A stretch of 64,000 nucleotides of DNA, taken from the NCBI RefSeq assembly GCF_009914755.1, contig NC_060941.1; one strand, written 5' to 3'. The stretch is from the human T2T-CHM13v2.0 reference genome, Homo sapiens. How positions within the stretch are numbered: the first letter of the stretch is position 1; every line of letters starts with the position of its first letter. Shown here in pieces: positions 48,936 through 64,000 of this stretch. The notes beneath the pieces are model-generated. The model was given only the letters and a program-made list of their open reading frames with translations, searched no databases and was not told the DNA's origin. The translations under genes and the position numbers were made by a program.

Positions 48936-49347
48936 AGGCCAGAAAGCACACGAGAAAATGACCACTCAAACTACTCATCAGGAAGGAGCTTTGCAAATTG
49001 CAAAGTGCTTTCTACGGGTTTCTTACTTTAGCATAAGAAACTCAGAGGACCAGGGAAAGGATCCAAAGGCTGAAGGCCTCTGATGCCATCCTTGTGGGTG
49101 GGCCAGGGCAGGAGACCCCAGAATGGCTGGAGAAGCCCTCGAGAGAAGCCACCTCACCCAACTCAGGGCAGCCTTGCCCTCCAGTGCCTGGGCCTTATTC
49201 ATTTGAACTGTCATGGAGTGTCACTGCTTTCCTTTTCACTTCTGGGGAGTCTCTTTTTGTCTCCCTGTGTCTCCTCCTTCCCTTTTGCTTTTGCCGGCAT
49301 CTAAGGTTCTGCCTTTGACTTAGTGGCTTATTCTCTCAAGATCCCCC

Positions 49348-49350
<3 letters not shown>

Positions 49351-49394
<44 letters not shown>
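49351..49394. repeat. (AC)22 microsatellite ~1 kb upstream of the HNF1B exon 9 acceptor
   Basis: Direct reading. Confidence 0.95.
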
Positions 49395-49396
<2 letters not shown>

Positions 49397-49836
49397 ACAC
49401 CTACCAATACCACTAAAGGCCACTGTTATCGCATTGATCAGTGCTCCAACCATAACCCTATATGAGGATACCATTATGTCTATTTGACAAATTAGGAAAA
49501 CAAGGCTAAAAGAGAGTCAGTGAATTGTCCATGGTTTAAGAACTAGGAGAGTGTGGAGCCACAGCTTCAAACTAGCTGTCTAGGTGGCCACTCAGCATGT
49601 GCTCTTTCAATCATGCTTGGAGGTGAGGAGCCTTCTACTAAGCTTTGTGCTCTTGGACAAGTTACTCTCTCTGTGCCTCAGTTTCTTCCCCTATAATATG
49701 GGAGTTGTTGTGTGATTAGATGAGTCAACACCTGTGGAGTCCTGAGCATGGTCCTTGGCACAATTGTTATTATTAACATGGGGTTCTTCGGCCCAAGCCC
49801 CTGCTGCTCCTCAGTACTCTTAAGAGTGGGGCTGAA

Positions 49837-50142
49837 GGCCTGGCGCAGTGCCTCACGCCTGTAATCCCAGCACTTTGAGAGGCCAAGGCAGGTGGATCAC
49901 AAGGTCAGGAGATCGAGATCAGCCTGGCCAACATAGTGAAACCACATCCCTACTAAAAATACAAAAATTAGCTGGGCATGGTGGTGCACACCTGTAGTCC
50001 CAGCTACTTGAGAGGCTGAGGCAAGAGAATCGTTTGAACCCAGGAGGCGGAGGTTGTGGTGAGCCGATATTATGCTACTGCACTCCAGCCTGGGCGACAG
50101 AGCAAGACTTGGTCTCACAAAAAAAAAAAAAAAAAAAAAAAA
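49837..50142 (+). mobile_element. AluS
   Basis: Full dimer, TSD AAGAG(T/G)GGGGCTGA. Confidence 0.93.
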
Positions 50143-50824
50143 GAGGGGGGCTGAGCAGTGCGTGCATGTGAGGAGACAGGCTTCTGACCCTTCCACATTC
50201 TTGAGACGTTGGTCAGGGTCCTCTGATACCCTTTGCCTCCTCTTCCTCCCCTGGCCCACCCCCACTCTCAAGTCTCTTTACTTCCCACTATCAGCCTTTT
50301 TCCAATTTTCAGATTTCAGGTGGAGGAGAGAGAAAACGGCTTGTGACCTTGCAGGTTTCAAAAGAAGAGCAAACAAGAAGGGCAGATAAGGAGACGCCAG
50401 TGAGATTCTATGGCCTGTCATTAGGGATGGGCTTCCCAGCTATCAAATGTTTGCTCACATAATAAAATGGTGGCAGAGCCCAAAATGTTGTCAAAAGAAC
50501 TAGAGTTATTTGCCTCCTTCAGAGTCTAAACACAAACATCTGATAAGGGGTGCACTGTGGTCCCTTAGAACTGGAGGCCCAGCACACGCAGCCCCACGGG
50601 GGCCTGGCCCAGAAGATCTCTGAGAGACCGCGGGGCCCTCCGTCTGAAAGGTGTGGTAGCTGTGGCAAATGTGAAGGACATCCTTATTCTAAGAGGATTT
50701 GTTACATAATGGTAAGAGCTAACATTTATCGACATCCTACTGTGTGCCAGGCACCATACCAAGGGCTTCACAAGCATCACTGCCTCGAGTTCTTACGTCG
50801 ACCCTTTGAAGTAGGTGATTATCG

Positions 50825-50974
50825 TGAATTCATTTAACACGTTTGAGTGCCTACTGTGTACTTGGCACTTTTTTAGACACTGGAGATGCAGCTGTAAACA
50901 ACACCCTGCCCACTTCTTCACAGGCTTTACCTCCTAGTGAAGGCTTTGAATAATAAACAAGTAAACAAATGCGT

Positions 50975-51010
<36 letters not shown>

Positions 51011-52240
51011 CAACTTTAGGTGGAGATGAGCACTCCATAGAAAAATAAGCATAGAGGTTAGGGCAGCTTGAGGAAAAAGAGATTAACTTAGATATGGGAA
51101 TCAGGCGAGGCCTCTTTGAAATGGTAACATTTGAGCTGAATGAAGTGAAGGGGCAAGCATGTAAAAATGCACAGAAAAAAAGAGCTCCAGGCAGACACCA
51201 CAAATGCAGGAGTCCTGGAGTGGGATCTCTTCAGCCCTGGCACAGCTAAAGCTGAGCGGGTGATGGAGGGAGGAAGGAGGTGAGAACGGCGACACTGGCA
51301 GGGGCATAATCACATAGGGTCCTGTATGTCTCTGTTTTAGTTTGGTTGTGATGGAAAGCTATTGGAGAGTTTTGACAGGGGATTGACATGCTTGATGTCT
51401 CTTTGTAAGAGATCACTCTGGCGAACAGCCCCCAGTGGGGCAAGGGTGGAAGTGGGAGACAGGCAAGGGCCACCTAAGGAGATCAGGGAGAGACAAGGGG
51501 GCCTGGGCTGGGACTAGGGCAGTCCTGATGGGAGTGTGAGAAGAGGTCAGATTTAGGATGTATTCTGAGGGTCCCCTAGTAGAACTTATTGAGAGACTGA
51601 TGTGATGTGGAGAGAAGAATCAGGGATACTCTCAGCTCTCTCACTTGAACAACTGGTACCAGTTTTGGAAATGGAGAAGCCCATGGGGGAAGCAATTTTG
51701 ATAGGATGAAATAGGGCAAAATGAAGAGTTCCTATTTTAGGCACGTTGAATTCAAGAGGCTTATTAGATATTTTAGACATGCGTCTGTCCCTGCCGAAGC
51801 AGCACTGGATCTGTGAGTGAGCACTCAGTAGGGAAGACCGGACTGTACACAGAATTACAGGAACCATCGGCGTGTACACTTGACCTAAAGCCATGGGACT
51901 GGAGGAGATCACCCAGGAGTGAGCACAGATGAGAAGAGGCCAAAGAATGAGGCCCGGGGCCCTCCAACACATAAATATTGGGAAGATGAGTTGCCAGCTG
52001 AGGAGATGAGAAGTGGCCAGTGCCGTAGAAGAACCAGGAATGGTAGTATCCCAAACTCCCATGGAAAAAAGGAGGGAGAGATCAGCTGTGTCAGAGACAG
52101 AGGTTGAAAAGTAACCATTGGTTTCAGCAGCATGGAGGGGATCGTGAGCTGGACACAGTGAGGCGTGAGGATAAAGGCCAGTCTGCAGTGATCTCAAGAG
52201 AGAATTGAGGGTGAGGAAGTGGAGACAGTGAGGACAGATA
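50825..52240 (-). mobile_element. L2 fragment in HNF1B intron 8
   Basis: TTTGAGTGCCTACTGTGT..GGCACT start and antisense L2 body. Confidence 0.7.
50976..51008. repeat. (CA)16 microsatellite
   Basis: Direct reading. Confidence 0.95.
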
Positions 52241-53876
52241 AGTCACTTCTATGACCATGAACTTATGTGAGATTCATTGTGGCTCCATTAATTAAAAGTC
52301 ATGATTATAATTCCGGTTTTACAGATGAGGGAAGTGTGGCCTGGAGAGGTGATAAGTAAGTTGGCCGGGGTCTCACAACAGCAAGGCTTGTGCTCTTCAC
52401 CCCTATGTAAGAGCACTTCTTTCAACCCCCTCAACACGGGGAAATAAATGCCCTTTGCCACGTAAGACCCTTTTCCCAAACTCAGAGCCGCTCAGGGGTG
52501 CTAGCAGGGGAAGCCAAGAGTGACCCAGCTTCCATGGGCTGGGTGTTTCCTTTGGGACATGCGCTGAGTGAAGTATTTTACAGGTCTTCGTGCAGTTAGT
52601 CCTTTCAGTGATCCCATGAAAGAGGTATCATTATCTTCATTTTACAGGTGAGCAAACAGAGGCTCAAAGAGGCTAAGACATTTCTCTGAGGTCACACAGG
52701 TAGAAAGTGGTAGAATGTTGAGCCCAGATCTGCCTAACTCCCAGGTCGATGCTCCCAACCATCAGAACACTCTGCTTCCTCACCCAGTGAAGAAGCTGGG
52801 AGAGGAATAGCCGAAGGGGATAGATGATGAGGCCACCCACCTGCCCCCTTGTCAGTGCCCTGACTAGTTACTGCTCTGGGGGCCCTCTCTTCACCTTCCC
52901 ATAAACTAGGAAGTCAAGCAGCGGGGAGAGAACACTGTGGAAACAGGAGTTGGCTCACAACCTGCCTGCACTTGTTCTAACTGAGGTCAGTGGTTGCTGT
53001 GGTCTTGTTTCCAGACTAGCGGGGCATTGTTGAACTCAGGCACAAACCCACTCAGAGATAACTTGCCAGCACCCAAGAGTTGAGAAGGAGGGAGACGTAT
53101 GTGCTCTGGAAGGGACAGATGGCAGTAGATGCAGAAGGATTCTTGGCGCGAGAAGTCCCAGCCTGGGGTTCCTGACCTGTAATCCCCAAGGCCCTTGGGG
53201 CATGTCTGCCTTGACAACAGGAAGTACTGGGATCAGACAGATACAAGTACAAATCCTGGCTTTAGCCTTATACCTGCATAACCTTGGGTTGTTATTATGG
53301 GTGCTTAAAAGTGGATATTGGAAGATGAACGTTGTTTAATGAGTTTGGAGTGAGAAAGCCAGTCTGGAAGTCCAGCTCTGGAATTTATGATCTGTTTGAA
53401 CTTGACCAGATCCATACCCATCTTTGAACCTCAGTTTTCTGCTTTGTAAATCAGGTATAAAAATAACGACCTTGCAGAATGGGTAAGAGGGTTCTCCAGG
53501 AAATGTAAGCTAGAAAAGCATCTGGGGTGCTGCTTGGAAAATGGAGGCATCAAAAAACACGGGTTCTGCATTCATTCGTTCGTTCGTTCATTCATTCTTT
53601 GTTATTTACTGAACATCTAATATAGCCCAGGCATTTGGCTAAGCCCAAAGGGTATGGGTGCTTTGACAGGCCCTGAACTATTTGCTTTTTTCCTGGGAAA
53701 TAGGTGAGCAGGGAGTCTGTGTATCAGCAGGAGAATGGGAAACAGGGATCCGGAGCCCAGGCCCAAGAGGTAGGATGTGCTTGAGAGATGGTAGTAATCC
53801 TGAGACATTTTCTTCTCCCAGCCTCCTTTGACTGCATGTAGACCAAGCACTGAATTGGATATTGAAAGAGTCACTA

Positions 53877-54210
<334 letters not shown>

Positions 54211-55019
54211 CTAAAGGATCACAGACGGGAGAGAAAACAGGGAGGGGGCTACCACTTTGAATACTTGACTATGTACTAGGCATTCTGTTAGGCACATTGA
54301 ATATTTTGTGAGATGGGGGTGGGATTTTCCCCATTTATAGATGAAGAAACTGAGTCTCCCAACAGGGAATTAACTGCCCAAGGTCACATACCAGGGGGTG
54401 ATGAAGCTGAAAGTAGCTCAGGTCTGCTGGCGTTTCCTACCACTGTACAATACCTCTAAAATAGCACTGCTCAGGATGTGTCCCTTTGACTCGAGCAGGG
54501 TGCACGCTAATTGCCCGGTTCAGTGCACACATCAGCAAGTGAAATGCTCTGAGAAGCCCTGCCCAGTAGCATTTAACTTTGTGTAATCCAGCAGTTCCCC
54601 CAACATATTTGACCAAGAAATCCTTCTCTCCCCTCACTCGTATGTCCTTGATACCTAGTGATATGGTTTAGATGTGTGTCCCTTCCAAATCTCATGTTGA
54701 AATACGATACCCAGTGTTGGAGGTAAGGCCTGGTGGGAGATATTGGATCACAGGGGCAGATCCCTTATGAATGGCTCAGCGCCATCCCCTTGGTGATAAG
54801 TGAGCTCTCGCTCAAGTTAATTCACACAAGATCTGGTTGTTTAAGAGTCTGGGATCTTCCCTTTCTCTCTCTTGCTCTTTATCTCACCATATGACATGCC
54901 TATTCCCCCTTTACCTTCTGCCCTGACTGTAAGCTTCCTAAGGCCCTCACCAGATGCAGATGCTGGCACCACAACCTGCAGAGCCATGAGCCAATTAAAC
55001 ATATTTTCTTTTTAAGTTA

Positions 55020-55430
<411 letters not shown>

Positions 55431-57130
55431 AAAGATACTTGAAGATGTGGAAGCAGCTTTGGCAATGGGTAACAGGCAGAGATTGGGAGTTTGGAGGAAC
55501 AGAAGAAGACAGGAAGATGAAGGAAAGTTTAGAATTTCTTAGAGACCTGTTAAGTGGTTGTGACCAAAATCCTGATAGAACTATGGAGAGTGAAGGCCAG
55601 GCTGATGAGATCTCAGATGGAAATGAGGAACTGATTGGGAACTAGAGCAAAGGTCACCCTCCTTACGCCCAGGCAGAGAACTTGGCTGCATTGTGTCCAT
55701 ATTCTAGGGATCTGTGGAAGTTTGAACTTCAGAATGATAGCCTAGGGTATCTAACAGAAGACATTTCTAAGCGGTAAAACATTCATGATGTGGCCTGGCT
55801 GCTTCTAACAACCCACAGTAGCTACGGAAGCAAAGGAATGACTTACATTTGGAATGTTGGAATTTACATTTAAAAAGGGAAGCAGAGCGTAAAAGTTTGG
55901 AAAATTTGCAGCCTAACCCTGTGGTAGAGAAGGAATTCAAGTGGCCTATGGAGCAACAGCTTGCTAGAGAGATTAGCTTGACTAAAGAGGGCTGCATGCT
56001 ATAGCCAAGACAATGGAAAAAAGGCACTGAAGTATTTCAGACATCTTCTAGGCAGCCCCTCCCACTAGAGGCCCAGAGGCCTAGGAAGAAAATATGGTTT
56101 TGGGGGCCAGACCAAAGGCCCTGCTGCCCTGCACAGCCTTGGGACACTGCTCCCTGCATACATGCTGCTCTAGCTTCAGCCCTGGCTCAAAGAGCCCCAG
56201 GTACAGCTCAGACCACCACTCTAGAGGGTGCAGTCTGTAAGCTTTGGTGGGTTTCATGTGATGTTAAGCCTGCAGATGCACAGAATGCAAGAGTGAAGGA
56301 GGTTTGGCAGCTTCCACCTAGATTTCAAAGGCTTTATCAGAAAGCCTGGGTGCCCAGGCAGAAGCTTGCTGCAGGGGCAGAGCCCCCACAGAGAACCTCC
56401 ACTAGGGCAGTGCTGAGGGGAAATGTGGGATTGGAGCCCCACCCGCCCCACACACAGAGTCCCTACCAGGATACTGCCTAATGGAGCTGTGGGAATGGGC
56501 CTGCCACCCTCTAGACCTCAGAATGGTAAAGCCACTAGCAGCTTGCAACCTCAGCATGGAAAAGCCACAGGAACAGAGCTGCCCAAGGCCTTGGGAGCCC
56601 ACCTGGCACACCAATGTGCCCAGGATGTGGGACATGGAATCAAGGATTATTTTGGAGCTTTAAGATTTAATGCCTGCCCTGTTGGGTTTCAGACTTGCAT
56701 GGGGTGTTACCCCTTTCTTTTGGCCAATTTATTTCTTTTGGGATGGGAACGTCTGCCCAATGCCTGTACCACCATTGTATTTTGGAAGTAAGTATATAGT
56801 TTTTTTATTTTACAAGCTCATAGGTGGAAGGACTTGCTCTTGAGTCTCAGATGAGACTCTGGACTTTGAGTTAATGCTGTAATGAGTTAAGACTTTCAGG
56901 GACTAGTGGGAAGGGATGACTGTATTTCTCAATGTGAGAAGGACATGAGATTTGGGAGGCCAGGGGTGGAATGATATGGTCTGGATGTGTGTCCCCTCCA
57001 AATCTCATGTTGAAATGTGATTCCCAGTGTTGGAGGTGGGGCTCAGTGGGAGGTAATGGATCATGGTGATGGGTGAGGAATTCATGCTTGAGTTAGTTCA
57101 CGTGAGATCTGGCTGTTTAAAAGAGTCTAG

Positions 57131-57469
<339 letters not shown>

Positions 57470-59935
57470 TCACACTCTCACCACGTGATGCACCTGCCCT
57501 GTCTGCACCTTCCGCCATGCTTGTAAACCTTCTGAGGTCTTCAGCAGAGGCAGATGCTGGCATCATGCTTCCTGTGCAGCCTGCAGAACCATGAGCCTTT
57601 GAACCTCTTTTACCCAGCCTCAGATATTTCTTTATAGCGAAGCAAACAGACATCGCTATAAGCAATAAATCTGAACACGCCAGAAATGAATTTGAAATTC
57701 CTGTTGGAATATAAGACCTTAAAACAAAACCAAAAAAGCAGAATTGCCATCAGGTCTCTTTCAGAACTCACTTCTGACCCTCTGCCTTAGGAACAGAGTT
57801 TGTACAAACTGTCTTCACCTTGGGTACCTTCTGCTGTCAGGAGGCAGCACCTTTACCCTCATTTTACTTCACTGTGCCTTTCCCATTCCTCCTTCTCTTT
57901 CAACTTGTTGGAAGAACGTTTCCTGAGTGGAATATGGCAAGTGAACTTATTTTTTACTCTTGTTCCTGACCACAAAGACAACAAGAGTGGCAGCAGTTAC
58001 CGTAGAATTTTAAAGATGGTAGTGGAAGGCAAGTATGTGGAGTCAAAGACCAAAGCCTGAAGGTCCAGCACTAGAATTTATCATCTGTGTGACCTTGGGC
58101 AGGTCACTCTTCATCTCTGGGTTTTAGTTTATTTCTTTGTACTTAGGAGGTTGCAGTAAAAAGAAAACAATGAGACAATGTTCATGAGAAGTATAAACTG
58201 TAACGTGCCACGTGAGTATTTTTCATCCTTACTGAGTGTAATAATCATCCTCATCATCGCAGAAATGAGTCTATTGCCAGACTCCTGAAATGTCTGGGGA
58301 CATGGAGACAATGTCACAGCAGTTCTGGGAGGCCACTCATGCAGCTTCAAGGTTGGCTGGCCACTCTGTCCAATGGAGAGGAGAAGCCAGTGGGGGGCTG
58401 GTGCAGCGTCTCAGGGAGCATCTTAAAGTATTTTGATTAAGAGACCATTTCCTGAATTCAGACGACTTGTTTCAACAAGCAACCATCAAAGTCAACTTGG
58501 GAAAGACAGGAATAATTAATCATGGTCCTGTCTGGGGCTGACCAAGCGGCAGATGGATTGATAAACCTTTCAAAGGGGAAGGTATTCCCAAGGAGGGCCG
58601 CTGCGCCTGGCTGCCCCCCTGATTGAGATTTGTGAGCACAGATAAATGTTTTCCCTGCCCACTACAAAGAGTGGGAACTCGCACGGGAGTCGAAGGGCAG
58701 GGTAGTGAGGGGTTGTCCTTTCATCTTCTATTGGGTGAGAGAAGAGTGGCAAAGCAGGTCCCACACACCTCTCCCTCTACCCCCAGCTCCAGAGCCCAGC
58801 TGCCCTGGTCGTGTGTGTGTTTCAGTGCCCAAGACACCAGTTACTTAATCTACGCAAGCTTGCTGAATCCTCAGAAAAAGCAGATGTTACAACTCTCACT
58901 TTAAAGATGAAGAAATGAAGGCTCAGGGAGGTCAAGGTCACCAAGCAAATGGCAGAACCAGGAATAGAACCCACCTGCTCCACTGCACTCTAGGGCTGGA
59001 AGGAGATCGGGGCAAAGGAAAGGATAGAGAACCCTGATCCCATGAAGGAACCTCCTGGGAAGCCCATGGCAGTGGATGAAGTGTGATTTGCAGGGCTCAG
59101 ATGAAAAAAAGACCATCAACAAGACCAAATTCTGAGAGCTTCTGACATGAAGTTCAAGGTTGTCACCTACTTATCTAGTAATCGATAGAGGCCAAACAGT
59201 TCCCACACTGCACAGACCCCAGCTACTAAAAGGTCTCATTGTGTTACTCTGGAATCATCACCTGTGTTCAGACATCTTGTCCTGTTTTCTAACTCTCGGT
59301 GTCTTCTTGCAGTCCAGCTGTCCAAGCTGCAGCAATGAGCCTCGCCATCAGCTGCCTGTCTACTATTCCATCACCTCTATTCAGAGGTGGGACTTAGTCA
59401 TCAACTGAAACAGTGACTAAGCCTCTGGATTCCCCACTTTCAGTGCAGCAGGAAGTTGATTCTAAATTTCTTGATAAAACCCCAAGTGGATGCTTACCCC
59501 TGGAAAAGCCAGGCTGTCTACTGGGGAGTCCCCATGGGTTGACACAACTGGGTCATTCCCAGAGCTTATGGCATTCTGGGTCCAGGGGAATCAGCCTCAG
59601 GACCTCTGACTTCCTACTCACTTTCTCCGCTGACTACTTTGTGGATCCTCAGGGATCCCTCTTGCAAAGCATGAACCTCAGCAGGGGATCTGTCCTCCTG
59701 AGCCCTCCTTGGAAATACCTTTTCCATGGACCATTGATCATTCTATTAGGGAACACTCAATCTAAATGCCTAAGCGCTCTATGTCATCCAGTCTCCAGCA
59801 ACCTATCAAACTTCTGTCCTTGTTTAGTGCTCTTCCTGGGGAATCTGGGGGAGCAATAAGCCCTTTCAGCCTGTGGCCCTTTTTTTTTTGCCCTGGGACC
59901 TTAAGGATTCCCTTTGCAAACAACAGGGAGCCTCA

Positions 59936-60187
<252 letters not shown>

Positions 60188-61830
60188 TCAAGGTGCATAC
60201 ACAGGCAAAGACACAGGTACAGAGCCCCCATCCCACACCATAGCTCCCATCTCCTCAGGTAGATAAAAGGGCTGGTGGTTATAGTGGGGATTTCTCATAT
60301 TAGTTATCCATAAGATTCATGTAAATTCCAAGTCACATAACCAACTCCCGAAAGCATGTGGATGCTTGGCTGTGAGGGAGAGACCACCTGCTCTCAGAAC
60401 ACAGGGCCTACCAGGGAGGCCTCCGGTACGGAACGGGAGCAAAGGTCACTGGCTGTTGCCTCGGCTTGCCCTTCTCATGCAGGGAGGCAGGTTATTTCCT
60501 GGTCCAGGGCACCATGGGCTCTCTCTTCATGGGCGGCCAGGCCTGCTGGGCCTCAGCAGTCCACAGGTCGCTGGTGACCACTCTCTGACTATCCCACCCA
60601 GGCCTCGCCACTGAGGAAGCCTGGCCAGGTGAAGGGATGGGGTAAGTGGGGAGCACATCACCAGGCTCTGGGAGGAAGGGAAGTGGGGCACATGTGGTCT
60701 CAGACTCTGCTACAGGCTGTGGCAGATTTTCAGAAGCCACTAAAATGTGATTGGAATGTGAGATGGTGCTCAGAAACCAGCTCCACAGGCCCGAGTGGGG
60801 ATTGAGCCCTGAAGATAGAAGGCTGGACTTGGCTGTTCTCCCCCAAACCCACAGCTTATCCGATGCAGCTAGGGAAGAAACACAAACCTCTTTCACCATC
60901 ATTGCCTTCTAAGAGTCCCTTTATAAATAATCTTTATAATTTTTTATGCTTACCAAACGCAGTTTACCCCTATGTTTATTTCATATTCATAATGACTCTA
61001 AATGCATACTATTTCCATTTTATGGATGTAGAGATTGGACTTAGAGTGGCTAAGTAACTTGCATTAAGCTACACAGCTGGTAAGTATCACAGCCAGGATT
61101 TAAATCCAGGTCTGTCTGATCTAAGACTAGTGCTTTATACTGAACACTTCCTTGGGGTTTCTGAAGCAGAGAAGCCATGATTCCTCCCAAACTCCTGTGT
61201 CAGGGGCTATAGCCAGACCTGGCCAGAGGATTGGAAGCCTGGGACTCAGGATGAAAGGCAGAGAAACAGAGGATGGGATTGGATGGGAAATAAGTGGTCG
61301 AAAGGTAGGCTTGGGGTAGGTATAGAAATTGGATATGAGAAACAGTCTGTGTGCAGAGATGCAGGGGTGGCATGGAGGAAGAAACTCTAATGCCCAGGAT
61401 GGCATGCCACTGGTATTTTTCACTTGTGTTCATGGTTCTTGATTAGAGATGTTTGGGGTGTATAAATTGGAGGACATGGGACTCTAGAAGATTCTTCTCT
61501 TTTAGGGAAGGCAAACAGGATGCAAATTAGATGCCAATTGTGATCATTTGATAATGGCTGCTTGGAAGTTTAGATTGCAAAGGCTAAGTTGAAGTTCACT
61601 GGGAAAAGGTGCTGGTGGTTTATGGACGCGATCTTTTCCAGAGGTGTTGGAATGGGAAATTGGCGGTGTGTGTTCCACATGCTGTCTGGCTCCAATTCCC
61701 CTTCATCTGTAGGCCTACACTGTCCTCTTCAAACCCTTCCCTGGGAATCTCAGGGGTAGAGAAGAGGACTAGAAAAGGTACAGCAACACTCAAGAGTTAT
61801 GCTTGAGAAATTGTCTTAGTCGGTTGATCA

Positions 61831-62166
<336 letters not shown>

Positions 62167-63657
62167 TCACAGACAGCTCCTGGGATAAGGAGAGGTGGAT
62201 GGATGCCATCATTTGAGCCCCCGCTCAATGTCCCAGTCACCGGGCTGAGCCTGTTACACAGGAGATTCCATGGGAGGCAAGTGTAAAGAAACGGAGACTT
62301 GGAGATATTAATTTACTTGCTCAAGTTCCACAATGAGTTGTGGGTTGGAGATGGGCATTAAACAGATCTGATTAAAGCCTGAGAGTCTCCCAGAGTCATC
62401 CTGTGACCTCCCAAACTTAGCTCTCTTGAGGTTACCAGGGCTTTGGAAAAGCTGGCTCTACCTGCCCACTCCATCCATGCCAGGCTGTGAGAGAGGCTTG
62501 CCCTGGTGCCCGCAGGGCAGAGTTAAAGATGTCCACACTGAGGCACAGGTTATTGCCCAGATCGGTCTGTCCAGTAGAGGGCAGGAGTGTGCAGGGACCC
62601 AAATTTTGACTAAAAACAACGTCCATAGTCCCGGGAGTATGAGGTTGGGAGACCCTTATTTAGTAGACTGTACAAAGACCCCCAGAGAAATCAGGTGCCA
62701 ACTCCCTTGACTGTAACAGAGAGGGGAGAAAACACTGGAACTCAGCCAGTCTGCGAGGCGGGCATATCTTATGTGGCAGCATAGGGCTTGTGGCACTAAA
62801 AGGACCAGGTTTTAGAAAGAGGAAGTAGTACATTAAAGGTTGACTCTTGGCATTTATAGTGGGTCTTCCCATCTTTCTGTTCTGGAGATGTCAGGGCCTC
62901 TGTAACTTGGAACTGTGTATCCTGAGGCCTCTTTAGAACCCGGGCCAGCACTCTGAGGATTGGATCCCCTGGTACCCATGCTCTATCTCCTCCCTGAGAG
63001 CGACACGGAGGAAGACAGCTAAGGTAGGATCGGAGTGGGGACAGGACGATCAGGAGAGAAGACACCTGGACCTGCTTCCTGGGGTCGATTGTGTTCCTGT
63101 GTTCTTGCTTTCTGGGAAGTTGGGGGAAGAATGGGATGAAGAAGGAATCCAGAAAAAGGTCTGTTTTAGGTGGATGTGGAAGGGACACCTAGAGAGGCTT
63201 TCCTGAAATGGAGACGGTTTCATAGGCAGGTTTGAGGGAAGTCATCAATGGAGATAACACAGAGTCCTCAACAATTGCCTACTCAGAGCTTTAGCTGATA
63301 CTGTTATCAGAAACCTAAAAGGCGAGACCCCTGAGCAGAAAGGACAGGGGATGAATCCTGCTTCTGGCTCTCCTGGGTGGGGGCTGGGGGTGCCACCCTC
63401 TGATCACCCTCAGAACAGCGCTGTCTCCAGTTCCCCAGGGGGCTCAGCGTCTCCTCAAGCCAGCATCTCACCAGATACCCTGATGACCGATGACCGTGTT
63501 TCCCTTTCCTACCTCCTGCTTATGGTCTCAGTCTCCCAGAAAGCTCCATGAATGTGCCGTTTTTGAGAAATCTTTGAGAGCACTGCTGCTGCTCTTTTTG
63601 AGAAACTGCTGCCCAAAAAAGCAAATGATCCTGTCTAGAGTGGATGACATTTGAAGG

Positions 63658-63840
63658 CATAGTTCTGAAACCTGCATGTGCTTCAGAAATCATCTGGGGG
63701 AGCTCTTTAACAAATATACATTCCTGGGCCCCACCCAAGACCTAATGAGTCAGAACCTTCAGAGGTGGGGCCCAGGAATCTTATTTTCAATGCAGTCTGT
63801 GATCCTGATGTGCCTCAATTCCAGGATTGAGAGCCTCTGA
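63658..63840. mobile_element. MER5A-like MITE
   Basis: CAGAAATCATCTGGGGAGCT..GGGCCCCACCCAAGACC..GGTGGGGCCCAGGAATC. Confidence 0.65.
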
Positions 63841-64000
63841 TGTCATTCCAGCTCCCTCAGTGGGTAAGTCTTGACCTTTTCATCTGTTTCTGTTTCTGGG
63901 CACTGGTTCTTGCTTGGGAAGTATGCTATCCAGTCCAGGGAAGAGATGAGAAAGAGAATAGGATGAAGAGGTGAGAATGAGTAGAGAATAAGGAATTGGC

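Noticed and set aside
51586-52197. 203-aa minus-strand ORF in HNF1B intron 8
   Set aside because: Lies in a degraded L2; no recognisable domain or splice support

Overview
Primate genomic DNA, almost certainly human chr17q12. It is Alu-dense and contains two spliced genes on the minus strand. At the left are the CpG-island promoter and exons 1-2 of DDX52 (DEAD-box helicase, ROK1 homolog). At the right are the last three exons (7, 8, 9), 3' UTR and poly(A) site of HNF1B. About 43 kb of intergenic DNA lies between them, filled with roughly 37 Alu/FLAM copies, L1/L2/MIR/CR1 fragments, MaLR LTRs and hAT-type DNA transposon remnants, plus several repeat-free motif-dense blocks that may be HNF1B enhancers. 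Almost all ORFs in the supplied track are Alu-derived or chance frames. I found no convincing new multi-gene system. The most interesting signals are: (1) HNF1B exon 9 has a second open frame resembling the last exon of HNF1A; (2) a dense cluster of endoderm microRNA sites in the HNF1B 3' UTR; (3) an L1PA with a mutated poly(A) signal and a short L1-derived 3' transduction, nested in MST inside L2; (4) a ~120-bp inverted duplication crossing a transposon boundary; (5) a near-complete MST provirus antisense in HNF1B intron 8 with a fold-back end. Repeat subfamily names and boundaries are by eye and approximate. Reference protein and miRNA sequences are recalled from memory, not searched.
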